Source: Microthyrium microscopicum | Taxonomy: Eukaryota | DNA: 64,000 bases | Assembly: GCA_010405405.1 (NCBI GenBank) | Contig: MU004243.1 | Span: forward strand, 987,340-1,051,339 | Reading direction: 5' to 3' | Shown: piece by piece, positions 1-12,942 of the stretch | Layout: each line of letters opens with the position of its first letter | Numbering within the stretch: position 1 is the stretch's first letter | Program-made: the position numbers and the translations under genes | Notes under the pieces: model-generated | The model's input: the letters and a program-made list of their open reading frames with translations, nothing else | Database searches by the model: none | Told to the model about the DNA's origin: nothing

Positions 1-143
1 GCGATGTGTATCAAGATATAAATCTAGAAAGGTTTGCCAAAGAGACAATCTGATATCCCCTAAGAGAACCCAAAGAACCACCAGACAGACCCAGAAGTCC
101 GAGAAAATCAATAACTCCAACGCCCTAAACGCCGCCACCACCC

Positions 144-1135
144 TCACCTACCCCGACAGACTTCCGTTTCCCCATGTTCATGATACGCGCACATGCCTCG
201 TAGCCAAGGCTTGCACTCCTTCTCCGCCAGCGTCCAGTCAAGCGCACCACCGCTCTCGCCCCGTACAATACACAGACAGCAAAAAGCCTTCTCGCAGACC
301 ACACACATGTTCGCGCTGACCAGCGGCTTGATGACTGTACTGCATACAGCACAAGCCTTAGTCGCCGGCCAAGCACTCGGTCTCCAAGGACGCACATCAT
401 GCCGTTTCAATGACACATAACCCGGTCGCTTGAGTTTGCATACAAGCTCTCTGAGGAAAGAAGGATGCCACTCATCCGGATGCGTCGCGACCAAATTATC
501 CGTCTTCTTGAACGCAAAAAGGTCCAGGATCAGCCTCCGGATCGGCGCATTATCACGTATCGTCTCGTACAGAATATAAGTATCGCTCGGCGTAGGCACA
601 CTATTCGTACGCTCAGCGAGCTCAGCCATCCGATCCACAATCGCATTCCTCATGCCCTCTATCGTCAACCGATCTGCCAAACTGTAGATATCCAGCAGCG
701 CGAAATAGGTCGGTTTGCCGTCTTTGTAGAAATATTCGGTGTTTTCTAGTCGTTGGGTATAGAACCAGAGGACGACGTGCTCGAAATGCTTGGGCTCGAC
801 GTCGGCGAGTGTGACGGTTTGAGAGGTGGCTTCGGCGAAGGAGCCGTTGAGGGCGGCGGCGAAAAAGGGAGAGTGAGTGCAGAGGAGTTCTTTGTGCATT
901 AGGAAGGGTGTGCTTTGGGGTCCGACGAGGACGCGGGCGGTGGCTTCAAAATCTTTGAATTGGGTGCTGTGGAGTTGTTAGTGGTGGAGGGCCGGAGATG
1001 GCACTGGTGATAGGAGACTTACCGGAAGCAAAATTGGTGGTTGCGCACTTGGAGACGACTTGACTTTCTTGGTTCTCTTGGTGTGTCTGCCATTTCCATG
1101 GGTGCTATGGGCACCAATGCGTTCCGGTCGACCAT
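144..1135 (-). CDS. BTB/POZ-domain protein with C-terminal Cys/His-rich region (2 exons)
   Basis: Typical fungal BTB motif VLVGPQSTPFLMHKELLCTHSPFFAAALNGSFAEA...LADVEPKHFEHVVLWFY. A short GTAAGT..CTAAC..CAG intron near 968-1022 joins an upstream exon (MVDRNALVPIAPME...). Start codon is tentative. Confidence 0.8.
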
Positions 1136-2005
1136 TACGCCAACAAATGTTGCAACAGTATTCTCTTGTTCCGCCGTTGTGACGGTTGTGTTGCGACACT
1201 GGAGCTGTATAGAAGTATATGCAAAAGGTATGTATGTTGGCTTTCTTGTTGTGGAGAACGATCAACAATTGGTGAGGAGTATATCTGGGTAGGTTGATGT
1301 GTTTTGTCAATCACTTCGCTGACAAACGGGAAGATTTAACAATCAAAGCGTGCAATGTGATCGTACCAAGTGGTTCAGTTTTCCAAAGTATATGAGACTG
1401 CCAATTGATACATTCCAGCTTTTACTGGCCATTTTCGGCATATTCATGTATGCTGAGATCGGATTTCTCTAAAAGCAGTGAAGAGCTAGACCTGCTGCCG
1501 GAAGTGTCTAAGACCTTTGTTCTCGAGACTTTTGCGCACGGTTTCTTTGTTGTTTTCAACCCGGCCAAAAGACAATCACCGTGTGCAGCCCCAACGCGGT
1601 GCGGAATTCAGGCTGAACAAAGGAAAGATGCCAGCCACAACAACCAGGCATTCTGCCTAGAGCTAGATTGTCTGACTTTGACTTTATTACTTGTTGGTGA
1701 CACAAAACTGGTGAAGCACAAGATCCGGAACTGATAGAGTGCCGAATGATTGGACAACATCTTTGTTCTCACGATTCGAAACTGCCAATGCCAGCTTCAG
1801 ATCAAGAAGCACACCAGGCTAATCGTTAACTTTAGAAGAAATGGTACGAGCAAACACGATTGAAAGAAATTTCAGAAGATCTCAGCTTATACTATATATA
1901 AAAAAATGGAGCGACAACAATCAGATACACAACCAGATAGCAAACAGTATCTATATGCGACTTCCTCTGACCACATTAGAGTTCGAAATTGACCGGCTCA
2001 AAAAT

Positions 2006-3811
2006 CTATTGCGGCGCACTAGCTTCATCTCTCTGCACCTTGAGCTCAGGCTTCGCAAACCAGGAGACTACAGGTGGATTTAGAGGAGGCCTGTGAGTAG
2101 CTGCGCATCTTTGGTGGACCGCTACCAAACCCCGAGCCGCGAATAACCCAATGCCCAGATCTTCGAATATAGGTCTGAGAAATGGTACCAGTAGCCGAAC
2201 GCTAAGAAGCTCAAAATTACGAGTTGCAGACCACTCGTTCTGTCTGAACGAAGCCTGTAAGAGATAGTACCAGTAGGCGTCATCAGCACTAAGTCGACTA
2301 TCTGACGAGATGTCCAAGATTACCCTTTTACAACCTTGTGGAACCGACGCTTTGATTCTATCATACAAGTCTTCGTAAACGTCTTCAGGACACGGCAAGG
2401 TTAGGGAGGTTACTCGGCTGGGAAATGGCGTAGTGCGACCCCCAAAGTCGCGGTGTCGTCTGATACCGAGCTTACCAGGCTCTTTGTCGGGGATTTGCTC
2501 CCACTCAATGGATACGTCGTGATCGCGCGCATATACTAGCTCATCATGAAGCCAAGAATCCAGCAGGAATACGTTGATCGTAACGGTCGGGGTCTTGAAA
2601 TAGTTAAGAGTGAGGTTTCGATTGTCAAAGTCTTGATGGAGAGCTCTACTAGATTCTACGACTAGCGATCGGAGTTTTTGTTTTATTTTGTCGCCTAGGA
2701 ATACCGGTCCATGCTCGGTCGTACCTGAGAATCGAGGGAATATACCGAGAGTCAGATGCTTGAGTCTGGTGAATTGACCGAGCCATTCATTGAGAGGATG
2801 ACCAGCTATAGGGACATGATTACGCAGAGTCAATTTTTCGACTCTCCGCCACGGATTTCGACCAGACTTATCATCTGCCCAATAGTCATCCGAGAATTTT
2901 AGGTGACGAAGGTCTATATCGAGCTCGACAATTGGCAAGTTGGAAACAATCATTGCAAAATCTCCGTGATAAATCTGGCGTGGTGCAAGCTGATCATGAT
3001 TTCTTCTGGAGATGTTTATATTCCAGCATCTATGCTGAGCACTTCCGCTTTTAGAGTCTCGAATAGTTAGTCGAGAGATGCGTCGTGGAAGACGTAGGTG
3101 ACGACCACTGCCCCCAAACACCAGGCTTAGAACCCTCAAAAACATGGCGGTGTCATAGATGATAAGATGCTCCAATCCGTCAAGTGGCTGTAAACTCAAC
3201 ACCATGCCGAGACAGAACACTACAAATGCACGTGTAAAGTTTGTTATGAAAATGTCATCTTCGCTGATCAGAGCTCGCGCAGGGTTTGGGCCCGGGGGAC
3301 CATCGATTCCACTGTAAAGAAGAGTGTTATTCGCAGCCCAGAAATTTTGTTTGTTCCTACGAGTTGCATTTTGCACGTTCCTCAAGTATCGCCAGACGAA
3401 AGGACATCCGTGGAGCAGCTTATTGTTGTTCAGTCTTTTTGCGTCCTCGCCTATTGATGTATATAACGTGCCATCCCAAGTCCAGTCGGATGCAATAATG
3501 TCGAGTTCTTTGATTGAGTGCGCACCTCTTGGATACTCGGCAATATGTAAAAGTCGATTGAAGGGGTTCCAATGCCCAAAGCTAAGGGGGGGATAACCAT
3601 CAGTTTCGAATCCCTTGAAATATCTCACCCACTTGAGTGTCCCTTTTTGCGCTTCGATAACGGAAGGATACTGTTTAGCTAGGTCGTACAAGGAGTGATG
3701 GGTGAGAAGCAGATTAACAAAGTCGGCTGGAATGTCTACTTCGTACATTACCTTGAGTTGAAGCTCAAGTGGAAGATCAAGCAACCGAAAAGGGGTGCTG
3801 GTGCTAGCCAT
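2006..3811 (-). CDS. F-box-like protein, 601 aa, intronless
   Basis: N-terminal FRLLDLPLELQLKVM F-box-like motif, followed by LRR-like segments (LEHLIIY, ISRLTIR, VEKLTLR, LKHLTLG, LRSLVV). Confidence 0.7.
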   Translation of the reverse strand: MASTSTPFRLLDLPLELQLKVMYEVDIPADFVNLLLTHHSLYDLAKQYPSVIEAQKGTLKWVRYFKGFETDGYPPLSFGHWNPFNRLLHIAEYPRGAHSIKELDIIASDWTWDGTLYTSIGEDAKRLNNNKLLHGCPFVWRYLRNVQNATRRNKQNFWAANNTLLYSGIDGPPGPNPARALISEDDIFITNFTRAFVVFCLGMVLSLQPLDGLEHLIIYDTAMFLRVLSLVFGGSGRHLRLPRRISRLTIRDSKSGSAQHRCWNINISRRNHDQLAPRQIYHGDFAMIVSNLPIVELDIDLRHLKFSDDYWADDKSGRNPWRRVEKLTLRNHVPIAGHPLNEWLGQFTRLKHLTLGIFPRFSGTTEHGPVFLGDKIKQKLRSLVVESSRALHQDFDNRNLTLNYFKTPTVTINVFLLDSWLHDELVYARDHDVSIEWEQIPDKEPGKLGIRRHRDFGGRTTPFPSRVTSLTLPCPEDVYEDLYDRIKASVPQGCKRVILDISSDSRLSADDAYWYYLLQASFRQNEWSATRNFELLSVRLLVPFLRPIFEDLGIGLFAARGLVAVHQRCAATHRPPLNPPVVSWFAKPELKVQRDEASAPQ

Positions 3812-4587
3812 TTCTACGACTGGTTTAACCTGCTATGGCTTTTTAACGTATGTTATGTTGGGGCCTCTGCTGGATATCAGTAGTATACCACTGGCGGACA
3901 CTTTTGGTTGAAAAGGAAACACAAGACCAAGGCCAGAATAAGGATGTTGGGAATTGAGGAGAAAGTTCCACATGAGCTGACTCAATAGCCATCGTCTTCT
4001 CGAGCGCAAGCAAAGAACTAATACTAAGCTTCGATACTTTAGGACAAAGAACTTCTATAACGACAACAAAGAAAATCGACAGAAGCGGCGAACATCCTAT
4101 ACAAGCCCAATCGTGCCCTCCCAGACTCCCAAAGAACAATGCGCAGGCTGTTTATCGTTATACTGGAATGATGTGCAAAAAATCATAGAAGTTGAGAAGT
4201 TACTGAAAGAAATGAAAGTTGGCTCGATGATGTGACTTCTTTGCAAAGAGTGAAACTGTTCACTTGAAAAAAATTCCCAGTTTTTCAAATTGGGGGATGC
4301 TTGACAGTATCCCACAGTTTTTACACAACGATCAATTTCTATCAGTATTTATGTAGTAGATGGAGTATGTCTCGTACGAGAGCCCTATGCAACAGCTAGA
4401 TCGGCATGGCATGACGCAGAGTAGCGTGACTGCAGTGATCGAATCCCGTGAAATCTACAAACCACAACTTCCATTTCTATCAAGCCTTGAAGTTTACCTT
4501 CCTCAGGTATGCTGCGAGTATAAAATCTTGAACTGCAAGCTGCCCATCAAAGTGAAGATTCATAATCTACAACTCATACATCCAACC

Positions 4588-5972
4588 ATGGCAACGATAT
4601 CAGATTTAGTCACCAAGCACCGCCCCTCTCTCTCACCATATGAATCCCTCTACAAACACTTCCACAGCAATCCTGAGCTCTCCCATCAGGAACGTAGAAC
4701 TGCCGCAAAAATTGCCTCTGAACTCGCAAAACTCAACACCTACACCATCCACACCGACATCGGCGGCCATGGACTCGCCGCCGTTTTTGCCAATGGACCA
4801 GGGACCACGGTCTTACTCCGCGCAGATATTGATGGTCTGCCGGTGGCGGAGGAGACTGGACTCGAGTATGCAAGCCTTGTGCGGATGCAGGATAAGAGCG
4901 GGGTGGAACATCCAGTGATGCATGCGTGTGGACACGATATGCATATCACAAGTCTGCTGGTTGCCGCAGAGTTATTAGTGAAGGCAAAAGATGAATGGAG
5001 TGGGACCTTGATTTTGTGCTTTCAGCCGGCTGAGGAGAGAGGTAATGGGGCAAGAGCGATGGTTGCTGACGGATTGTATGAGAAGGTTCCTGTGCCGGAT
5101 ATTGTGCTGGGAGGCCATGTTATGCCATTTAGAGCTGGTATATAAATCCTCTTCACACCCCGTACTTGACACTGACGCTTCATAGGCACGCTGGGAACCC
5201 GCCGCGGTCTCGTAGCTTCCTCCGCAGACTCATATCAGTATGGCCCTCTCCCCAGGATTACTGTACGCCATCATGGTCATGAATATAGCTAACAATCCCC
5301 AGCTGCACAATCTACGGCCGCGGCGGCCATGGCTCCCAGCCTCACCGCACCAACGATCCAATTCTTACAGCTGCCCATACAATAGTCCGGCTCCAGTCTA
5401 TAGCCTCCCGCGAAGTTGACCCAACCGACTCCGCTGTGGTCACCGTCGGCGCCGTCCACGCCGGCACCAACGAGAATATCATCCCGTCTTCCGCGGAGTT
5501 AAAACTAGATATACGCGCACTAAACCCTACCACCCGCAGCAGAGTGTATGAGAGCATGAAACGTATCATTGAAGCCGAAAGCCTTGCGTCCAACGCGCCG
5601 AGGAAGCCGGAGTTGAGTCAGACGCGCATGTTTCCGTTGCTGGTGAATGATGAGGATGTGACGGCGAAGTTGGAGGTGTCGTTCAAAAGTCATTTCAAGG
5701 AGGGAAAGGATGGGTATGATGCCAATGCGCCGAGACTCGGTGGCAGTGAAGATTTTGGGGAGTTAGCAACGGCGGTAAACAAGCCTAGCTGTTTTTGGAC
5801 ATATGGGGGTGTAGATCCAGAGGTCTGGGATAAGACGGAGAAGGAGGGACGCTTGATGGAAGACATTCCTGTGAATCATAGCCCGTTTTTTGCGCCGGTC
5901 ATCAGTCCGACTTTGGGGCTTGCAGCGGATGCTTATGCGGTTGCTGCTTTGACGTGGATGATCAAGGATTGA
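4588..5972 (+). CDS. M20 family amidohydrolase (hippurate hydrolase-like), 3 exons
   Basis: Motifs HFHSNPELSHQE, LRADIDGLP, MHACGHDMH, FQPAEE, GSEDF and NHSPFFAP. Two short introns near 5139-5185 and 5238-5302. Confidence 0.9.
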
Positions 5973-6089
5973 GAATGAAAATCCATGCAGCGGGAATCAT
6001 GGTGTGTAAATGTCAGGAACTAGTACAAATACTGTACTTGCATATTTGAAATATGGCAACTTCAACTCCTTATGAGAGCAGCGAACTTG

Positions 6090-6626
6090 GGCGGCGAGGG
6101 CGGAATCCGCCTAGCCTTCTTGTCAAACAAAGTCGATCCTTCAAAAGTAGAAGAACTTTCAAAGCGTCGATACCAAATCCCAAAGTGAGGATTCCAGCAC
6201 TGGCTCGTGGCCTGACATCACTAATTGTTGTACTTCAGTATATGGCGGCCACTATTTGGTCCACTTCGTAACTGGCCTCTTGGGGGGTTGGACTTTCGCT
6301 CTTGGATTGAGAAAAGGATCATATTGCTTCTGATATTGTCTTTCCTCACTGTACTGGAGAGATGTACCACGCCTTCCACCAACCAAGCCACCAATGGTAC
6401 TATGTTTCAGAACGAATGCCAGACGAAGTCTTGATCTTTGAATCATTTGACTCGAAGAGAGATGAAGCACACAGTAAGCCAGCGCATAGCAAAAATTATT
6501 GTCTTACACTCATATTATTGCTTAGTTTGCCCTCATGCACCTTGTGATCTGGGTTTGCCTGATCAGAGGTTGCGAGAGAGCGTCGAAATGATAGTCCTTT
6601 TGATATACCCTGAACAAGACAAGTAA
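6090..6626 (+). pseudogene. Decayed AsaB/CmcJ-like (hydroxylase/desaturase family) gene fragment
   Basis: Spliced fragments give EELSKRRYQIPN/IWRPLFGPLRNWPL, HQPSHQWYYVSERMPDEVLIFESFDS and CPHA...RESVE. A frameshift and an in-frame TGA occur near 6300-6310, and no N-terminal half is visible. Confidence 0.7.
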
Positions 6627-6803
6627 TGATAAAGGATCGCTGCGTTAACCAGGTTGATTTAGAAGAGCGAACGAGGAGACCATGCGAACGACAATGGTTT
6701 GCCACAGGACGCGGAGATCAGTTTGTGGTGGAAATCACCTGTATTGAATTCTATAGCACAATAGCTCTTTCACAAGCTATTGCGATCTTTGGTCATAAAA
6801 ATA

Positions 6804-8943
6804 TCATCTCAGGTCCCCTAGACCCATGGCATCCAACTCCTTCTTGACCTGTTGCTCACTCTGTATTTTCTGCACTTGCGTCGCCTCGAGCTTTTCGCCT
6901 GATGCCTGTCGCATCTTGAGATCCTCAATGGCCCGCAACTTCTTAAGCAAGCTTCGCGTCTTCTTCTCCGTGTTGGCATTCGCCTGAGCTTGCGCTTGTG
7001 AGATGGCCGGAGCCTGTGGCGGTTGTGATTGTTGCGGCGGCTGCGAATGAGCGACTGCAACAGGCACATTACCGGCATCAATAGGTACACCACCATCAGG
7101 CCCTGGAGGTGGTATGTATTGTCTGCTGTTGTTGCGATGGTGGTTGTTCTCTCGGGGTTGGTTGGATTCGTTATTCCCGTCCTTGACCTTGGGACCACGT
7201 TTGTTCCGCTTCTTGGGACCTTTAGGGATATTGTCGGCGTTGTTGTCAGTTCCGTTGCCTTGTGGTTGCTCTGCAAGTTCTGCTCCCGGCACTTCGCGAC
7301 GTCGACTCTTCCCAAACCCGTTTGCGCCTCCAAAAGCACTCGATAGTGTGTTTGGCTGGTACGCTGCTCCACCTTCATCCTCACGCTTGAAATGCAATGG
7401 TGTGCTAGTTCCACGAGCCCCTGGTGGTCGATAAGCGCCGACAGATTTTGCTACTGGCTTGGCTTTTGCTAGAACTGCCTTGGCTGAAGCGTGTGGCTCC
7501 GGAACAAAGCTTAGTGGGTCCTTGGGAAGAGGTTGCATGGTCGTACTCTGTGGTCGCCAGCAAACGTGATAGAGCTCCTCCATCTCTTGGGTGTACATCA
7601 GACCTCCGCCTATATGGAACACTCGGATACCGTTGTCAACGCGCAAACGAGGTGAGGTAGTAGCGAATAGAATATGAGTGCCATCCGGGGACCAGTTGCA
7701 GACAGATGCGTTACTGGCTTCGATCGTACACACTTTGGTATAATTCTTAGTCAAATCGTAAAGGTCCACTTGTCCTGCCAAATTTCCAAACCCAGCTACC
7801 AGCACAAAGCGACCGTGTGGCGAGAAGGAGATGGTGTTTCGAGGTCCGAGAGCAAAGTTGTGGGTTGCCTGAGCTTTGGCGTTGAATATGGTTGTTTTGG
7901 CTGGCATGTATCCATAGGTAACACCAAACTCTCTGGAATTGGGTGACCAAGCAACATCATGAATCGGTCCCTCTTTGTCTGTATACTGTTAGTTCAGGAA
8001 ACTGCAAGCAATGTGGCTGTAGCATACCGAGAGTGATTCGGGAATCGAACCCCGTCGTTGTTAACAAAAACATGGTAGATTCTCCGTAGTAGTTCTTGTT
8101 AGTCTTGTCCACGTCGGTCTGGGCTAGAATGAGACAGCCGGTTCCGTTTTCATTCCAACTCATCTGAACTTTGTCGCCTTTGAAGAAAGTCTTTTGACAA
8201 ACTGGAGAATCGAAATTGGGCACGGTGTATAGCTTGACTGCCGCGGGTTGACCTTTGCGCTCTGGAACAAATACTGCTACTGAATGGTTTGCGCCAGGAG
8301 AGACTGAAAAGTCGGTGACGCCCTCGAGAATGAGTTTGTTCCATACTTGTCGCAGATTACCACTTTCGTAGAACTGAACTTCGTTTGTCACAACTCTTGC
8401 GCAGAACTTTTCGTCCGCTGTGTATTGTAGATTCCATCCGGTTTGGTTGCGTTGAACGAACTGACCAACTACAGATCTCTCTCCACCTTCAGATGCGGCG
8501 TCGTCCACTGTTCGCCAAACCTTGAGGTTTTTGACGGCATTACCATCTGCATCCTTTGCGGGCCGCTGCCAGGTTATGATATATGTGCCGTAAGGAGAGA
8601 AGCCAAGTTCGTACACGTTGGTCGCTGGGAGAATCGTAATGACGTGGCCGACGGACGCATCGACTACGTTGACTCTGGTGATAGTGCGATTAGGACAATA
8701 TGCGCACAATTTGAAAGCAGACTTACTGTTCAGGCGATGCCCAAGCAAAGAACTTTCCATCTGGCGAGTAACAACAACACCGCAGGTTTCCTTCAGGCCT
8801 GGCTCTCGTTAGGTTTACATGCAGGGCGATCGACGCGTCAAAACTCACTTGACAAAGCCTGGGAGATCTTGGTAGACGGGAGCAGCATTCAAGACTCCGA
8901 TAGTCTTCTGAGAACGCCAGGCGAGTTGAGTAGGCTCCGCCAT
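6804..8943 (-). CDS. eIF2A: Eukaryotic translation initiation factor 2A (3 exons)
   Basis: WD-repeat eIF2A motifs QTDVDKTNKNYYGE, AGFGNLAGQ, TSPRLRVDNG and GAYRPPGARG, with C-terminal KKLRAIEDLK...LEATQVQKI. Confidence 0.95.
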
Positions 8944-9745
8944 ACTAATCAAAGCAGAACGGAGGATGGAAACTGGAAGGATCTTTGTCGAACTCGAAAA
9001 GCGCAGAGTGCTCGGTCAGGCTTCTGTCAAGAAAGTTCAGGGACAAAGTGGGAAAGTTGAGGTAGAAAGCTGAAGTGCTGAGTCATCCGTTTTATAACCC
9101 CACGCTATCACTGCTAGCCCGCAATGGAACGCTATTTCAGCCTTATCGGTCACTTTCTTCAGCCTTGCCTTAACTTCACCTGTTTTTACCTCAGTGAACC
9201 TTTGAATTTTTTTATTTACCGACGCTCACTAGTCGCACCAATTTCACAGAATGGGCCAAACATATGCAAGACTCTCTTCTTGATCCAGGAAAAACTGAGG
9301 CCCTCCAATTTTGTGCAAGAAAAGTATATAGCAATACTATGTCCAGGGAATATTGTGAACAAGAGTGTTGTCAGAATCTGACTACTCGGTCCTATTGAGG
9401 TGGAGATCTATTGATCAATTTCAATCCTGCTAGCTCAACGACCTATTTAGTGAAAGAATGAAGTTGCCGTTTGTACCGCACACCTGCTGACCTCCACTGC
9501 CAATATCTCCACAGCATACCCAGAAATTGCCAGTTCTATCTCGGCCTTGGAGCTCGTCGCCAATTTCCCTAAAAAAAATTTGCCTCGAATGCACCACTTG
9601 ATTCTCGTCAATTGTTTGTGCAATCCATCACAACTACCATCACATTAATCAGGAAGACACGACTAGAAGCTCAACGTCAGCTACCTATTTGCCCCATTTG
9701 CTACAAGTCCTTGCAAGAAACGAAGCTAAGCTAACACGCATTACT

Positions 9746-11860
9746 ATGGGTTCCCGATTCAAAATGCGCCGGACTCGAAAGGTGCAAGTTCCTCTTCGCT
9801 CCATATTTCATTGGACGACACCGAAGCGACAGCTGCTGGACCTCCCAACAGAAATATTGATGGAAGTATTTGACCGATGCGATGCAAAGTCATATGTAGC
9901 GCTTCTATCTACCTCCAAGAGTCTACGGGAAGTTGGAATGCAGCCCGCTATTCACAATCGTCAGGTTTTGCGCAAGGCCTGGCTCGACTCATTCCACTGT
10001 TTGATCGAACCGCGGGAGGCTGATTATACCGACTCTTTCAACATGTTGAATAAGCTGTCTGACTATCCGGAAGGAGGAAATCTATGCAACAAGCAATGGG
10101 TCCATTTTGGCAACATTCTACCTCCTTGGTTCTTGTCGCATATCGACCTAACACTTGCTGCATCCCGGCTTGTGCGTTTCGTTGAGTCTATCCGACACCA
10201 TGAGAAAGCGGAGTATCGCTCGTGGATACTTAATATACTCTCCGTTCTGGGCCGGGTGCGCAATGATGCTCCTACCGGGCTACTGGCCAATGGTTGCAGC
10301 GCTCGAGTCCAAGAGATAGTAGATGCAATTTGTATGGACATGCCGTTCAACCCGATTTTCACAAACCCGGACCAGCTCTTGCCATATCAGTTGCTTGGAA
10401 AAGCACTGATTATGGCGCAGGTACCGCAAATTGAAATGCTTATAAGCTATAATCCATGGATTGTTCCATTTCTCGTCCCTCTTGTGAGGGCAGATGAGAC
10501 GCCGCAGTGCGAGAAACCCCAGTCCCGGGCAAAGCCTGCATTAGTGAAGAAACTCACGCAGCTTCAACTGACTAGGATCACAAGCTGGTCGACGCAGAAT
10601 AGACTAGGAAAGAATCCGTTAGCCACGCCTGATGCGAATACAGGCATCATCAGACCTCTTCTCATGCAACCGACGATTGCACTTCTTTCGTTTGGTCAAA
10701 TTCAACTTCTCCGATTAGATGGCATCGAAATACCCGAGTGTAACCCTTTTTTACTTCCGCAAACCGATTTCGTTGTTCGAGACTTCTATCTCGAAGCAGT
10801 TACGCTTGATTCTATTATCAATATCCTGCCGTTGATCAAGAGGATGACAAGCCTGGAAGTCTTCTTTTTTGAATTACCAGCGACCAACCGGAACGGTGAC
10901 GGCGGTACAATTCTCCTTCGTCATCTGCAAAGGCTGATCGACAGCTTCCGGTCGAAGCTTGAGCACTTCAGAATCGATATCAGTGCAGTCCGATGCTTAA
11001 ACCACTTCCCACTGCCGGGCTTAGACTTCTCTAATATAGAGGTCGAAAACTTGTCCATCCAATACTCGATTTTGGATATGCTACTGGCTGACCTGTTCGT
11101 TCCTCAGTTTGCTCGACCAGGTTATAAGCCAGATCGGCCAGATCCAAAATATTACGTTCAACCACCGCGCAGCACCCTGACTCATACGTCTGCTCCAGCT
11201 TATGTCCAGCTCAGCCATCAGCTAGGCTACACACTGAAATGCCCGCCGAAGCCTGCTTCTGTGTTTATGGGTCGCAAAGCACTCGAAAATCAACTTGAAG
11301 TCCATAGCCAAAATATGAGAGACTTGGTAAACGACATGTCTCAGCTTTCTCTAAACACTTGTCCAATAACCTCGACGGCCTGGCTACCTCCGACAAATCT
11401 CGCCACCGCCCCCAAGGCCTTCGCAGAAGATTTTGTGCTGGATTATTTGGCTAGTAGAATCCCACATGGACTGAAGACGTTAGTTGTTATGCCCTCGGAA
11501 TGTACCATAGGGGGCATCGTTCCTCTTGTGGGCCTACGACGTGCACAGAGTTATGAAGCTTTTATGGAGGCAGAGCGCACTGCGCATGAGTTTTTCAGTC
11601 CCTGGTTATGGCGGGTCATACCCAAAGGCATAAAGATCGTTTTACATAGCGTTGACGACGACATCGACGAGGGCATATGGTCTGGCTACGGTGAAGCACT
11701 GCCTTCTCAACCCGCTGAATTCTCTAAGGTGATTGATGAGCGAGGTAAGCGTTGGGATGAGGAAGCTAGGCAGCGCGCTGAGAACAACAAAAGGTCACGA
11801 GCAAAGGGCATATTGGACGTTGATAGCCAGTGTGATTTGATTCTTGATGAGGACATTTAA
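9746..11860 (+). CDS. F-box-like protein, about 704 aa, intronless
   Basis: LLDLPTEILMEVFDRCD F-box-like motif and LRR-like segments (LTQLQL, IQLLRLDG, LEVFFFE, LEHFRID). First ATG is at 9746 within ORF 9689-11860. Confidence 0.7.
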   Translation: MGSRFKMRRTRKVQVPLRSIFHWTTPKRQLLDLPTEILMEVFDRCDAKSYVALLSTSKSLREVGMQPAIHNRQVLRKAWLDSFHCLIEPREADYTDSFNMLNKLSDYPEGGNLCNKQWVHFGNILPPWFLSHIDLTLAASRLVRFVESIRHHEKAEYRSWILNILSVLGRVRNDAPTGLLANGCSARVQEIVDAICMDMPFNPIFTNPDQLLPYQLLGKALIMAQVPQIEMLISYNPWIVPFLVPLVRADETPQCEKPQSRAKPALVKKLTQLQLTRITSWSTQNRLGKNPLATPDANTGIIRPLLMQPTIALLSFGQIQLLRLDGIEIPECNPFLLPQTDFVVRDFYLEAVTLDSIINILPLIKRMTSLEVFFFELPATNRNGDGGTILLRHLQRLIDSFRSKLEHFRIDISAVRCLNHFPLPGLDFSNIEVENLSIQYSILDMLLADLFVPQFARPGYKPDRPDPKYYVQPPRSTLTHTSAPAYVQLSHQLGYTLKCPPKPASVFMGRKALENQLEVHSQNMRDLVNDMSQLSLNTCPITSTAWLPPTNLATAPKAFAEDFVLDYLASRIPHGLKTLVVMPSECTIGGIVPLVGLRRAQSYEAFMEAERTAHEFFSPWLWRVIPKGIKIVLHSVDDDIDEGIWSGYGEALPSQPAEFSKVIDERGKRWDEEARQRAENNKRSRAKGILDVDSQCDLILDEDI

Positions 11861-12942
11861 TCGAACTCTTCGTAGGGCGATCCTGACAATATCTTTTGAC
11901 GCGCTGGAACTTCGAAGCAAGACTCTGGCCTCGTTGTCTTTTTATATCATATTTAAGCATAATCGGGAAACGTAGTAAAGTTTAATCCTGCTAAATATTT
12001 CATAGAAAATCTTTCACTCTCATGAAAGGTTGCTCAACTTTCGACTGATCAAATCGATGGAGCAGTCTAATCGTTGCAGTACGGAGTGAGTTTCTTCCTG
12101 CTGTGCTTTCACTGGTCACTGAGCGCGACTTTGTCATTGCGTTGTCCGATCTGTACAAGCCTTTTTTGAAGAATTTCATAGTCTGGCAACTTTTACTCAC
12201 TATAGATAGCAATGAAGTGTGCAGGCCTGTACTTGAAATATTCTCCAGCCTCACATTCATTCGTACTCCAATTGTACTAGCCTCAACTAATCCTGTGCTT
12301 CTTTCCAAAGTTTTTTATTCGAAGCCTTGAGCCTTTTCCAATGTCGTTTTGTGTCCTTTCTGGATTTCTATAGGAATACTACTGTGCCAGACGAAATCTG
12401 ACTTGATTGGGCTTTCACCCCTTTCCTTTGGGCTTCCTGACCTTTTACCCCTGAATCGGTGTACTCAAGGAAAATATTCCTGCTATCTGCAGCACTTCTC
12501 AGGCAAAGATTACACGCCACTCAAACTCTCCTTGATAATGTTCCAGGCCTTCAACGCATCTGGCCTCCAATATACTTTGCTACACCACATGCCTTGGCGC
12601 CTAGACCTATAAACGCTCTCTCGATGCTTTGGAACAAAGCCAAGCTTTTTCATAAGGTTCCTTTGACCACAGAGTGACACGAACCCCTCCGCGATGGCGC
12701 CCAAAGTTGACAAATGGGGGCAGAGCAGCTGAAAATAAGGAAAACAGATGTAGGGATTTGACATAATAAGACTTGCACGATCTCGCTTCCAGTGGTATGA
12801 AGATGCGTAGACTATCTTCTCCTTGTCTTGCTGCTGTTAAGTCTGTCCCTCTATTTCTTCTCGTTGGCAGTTATTCTCAACCACTTGATTAGACAATCAC
12901 TCTCCTGGAACCAAAACACAATTTTCATAATCTCAAAGCACA

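Noticed and set aside
4360..4587. Upstream in-frame extension of the amidohydrolase ORF
   Set aside because: No family-like sequence, and it contains a TATA-like element. ATG 4588 has a better context and matches the expected N-terminus.
11960..12780. Several 70-100 aa ORFs on both strands
   Set aside because: No motifs, signal peptide or coherent exon chain.
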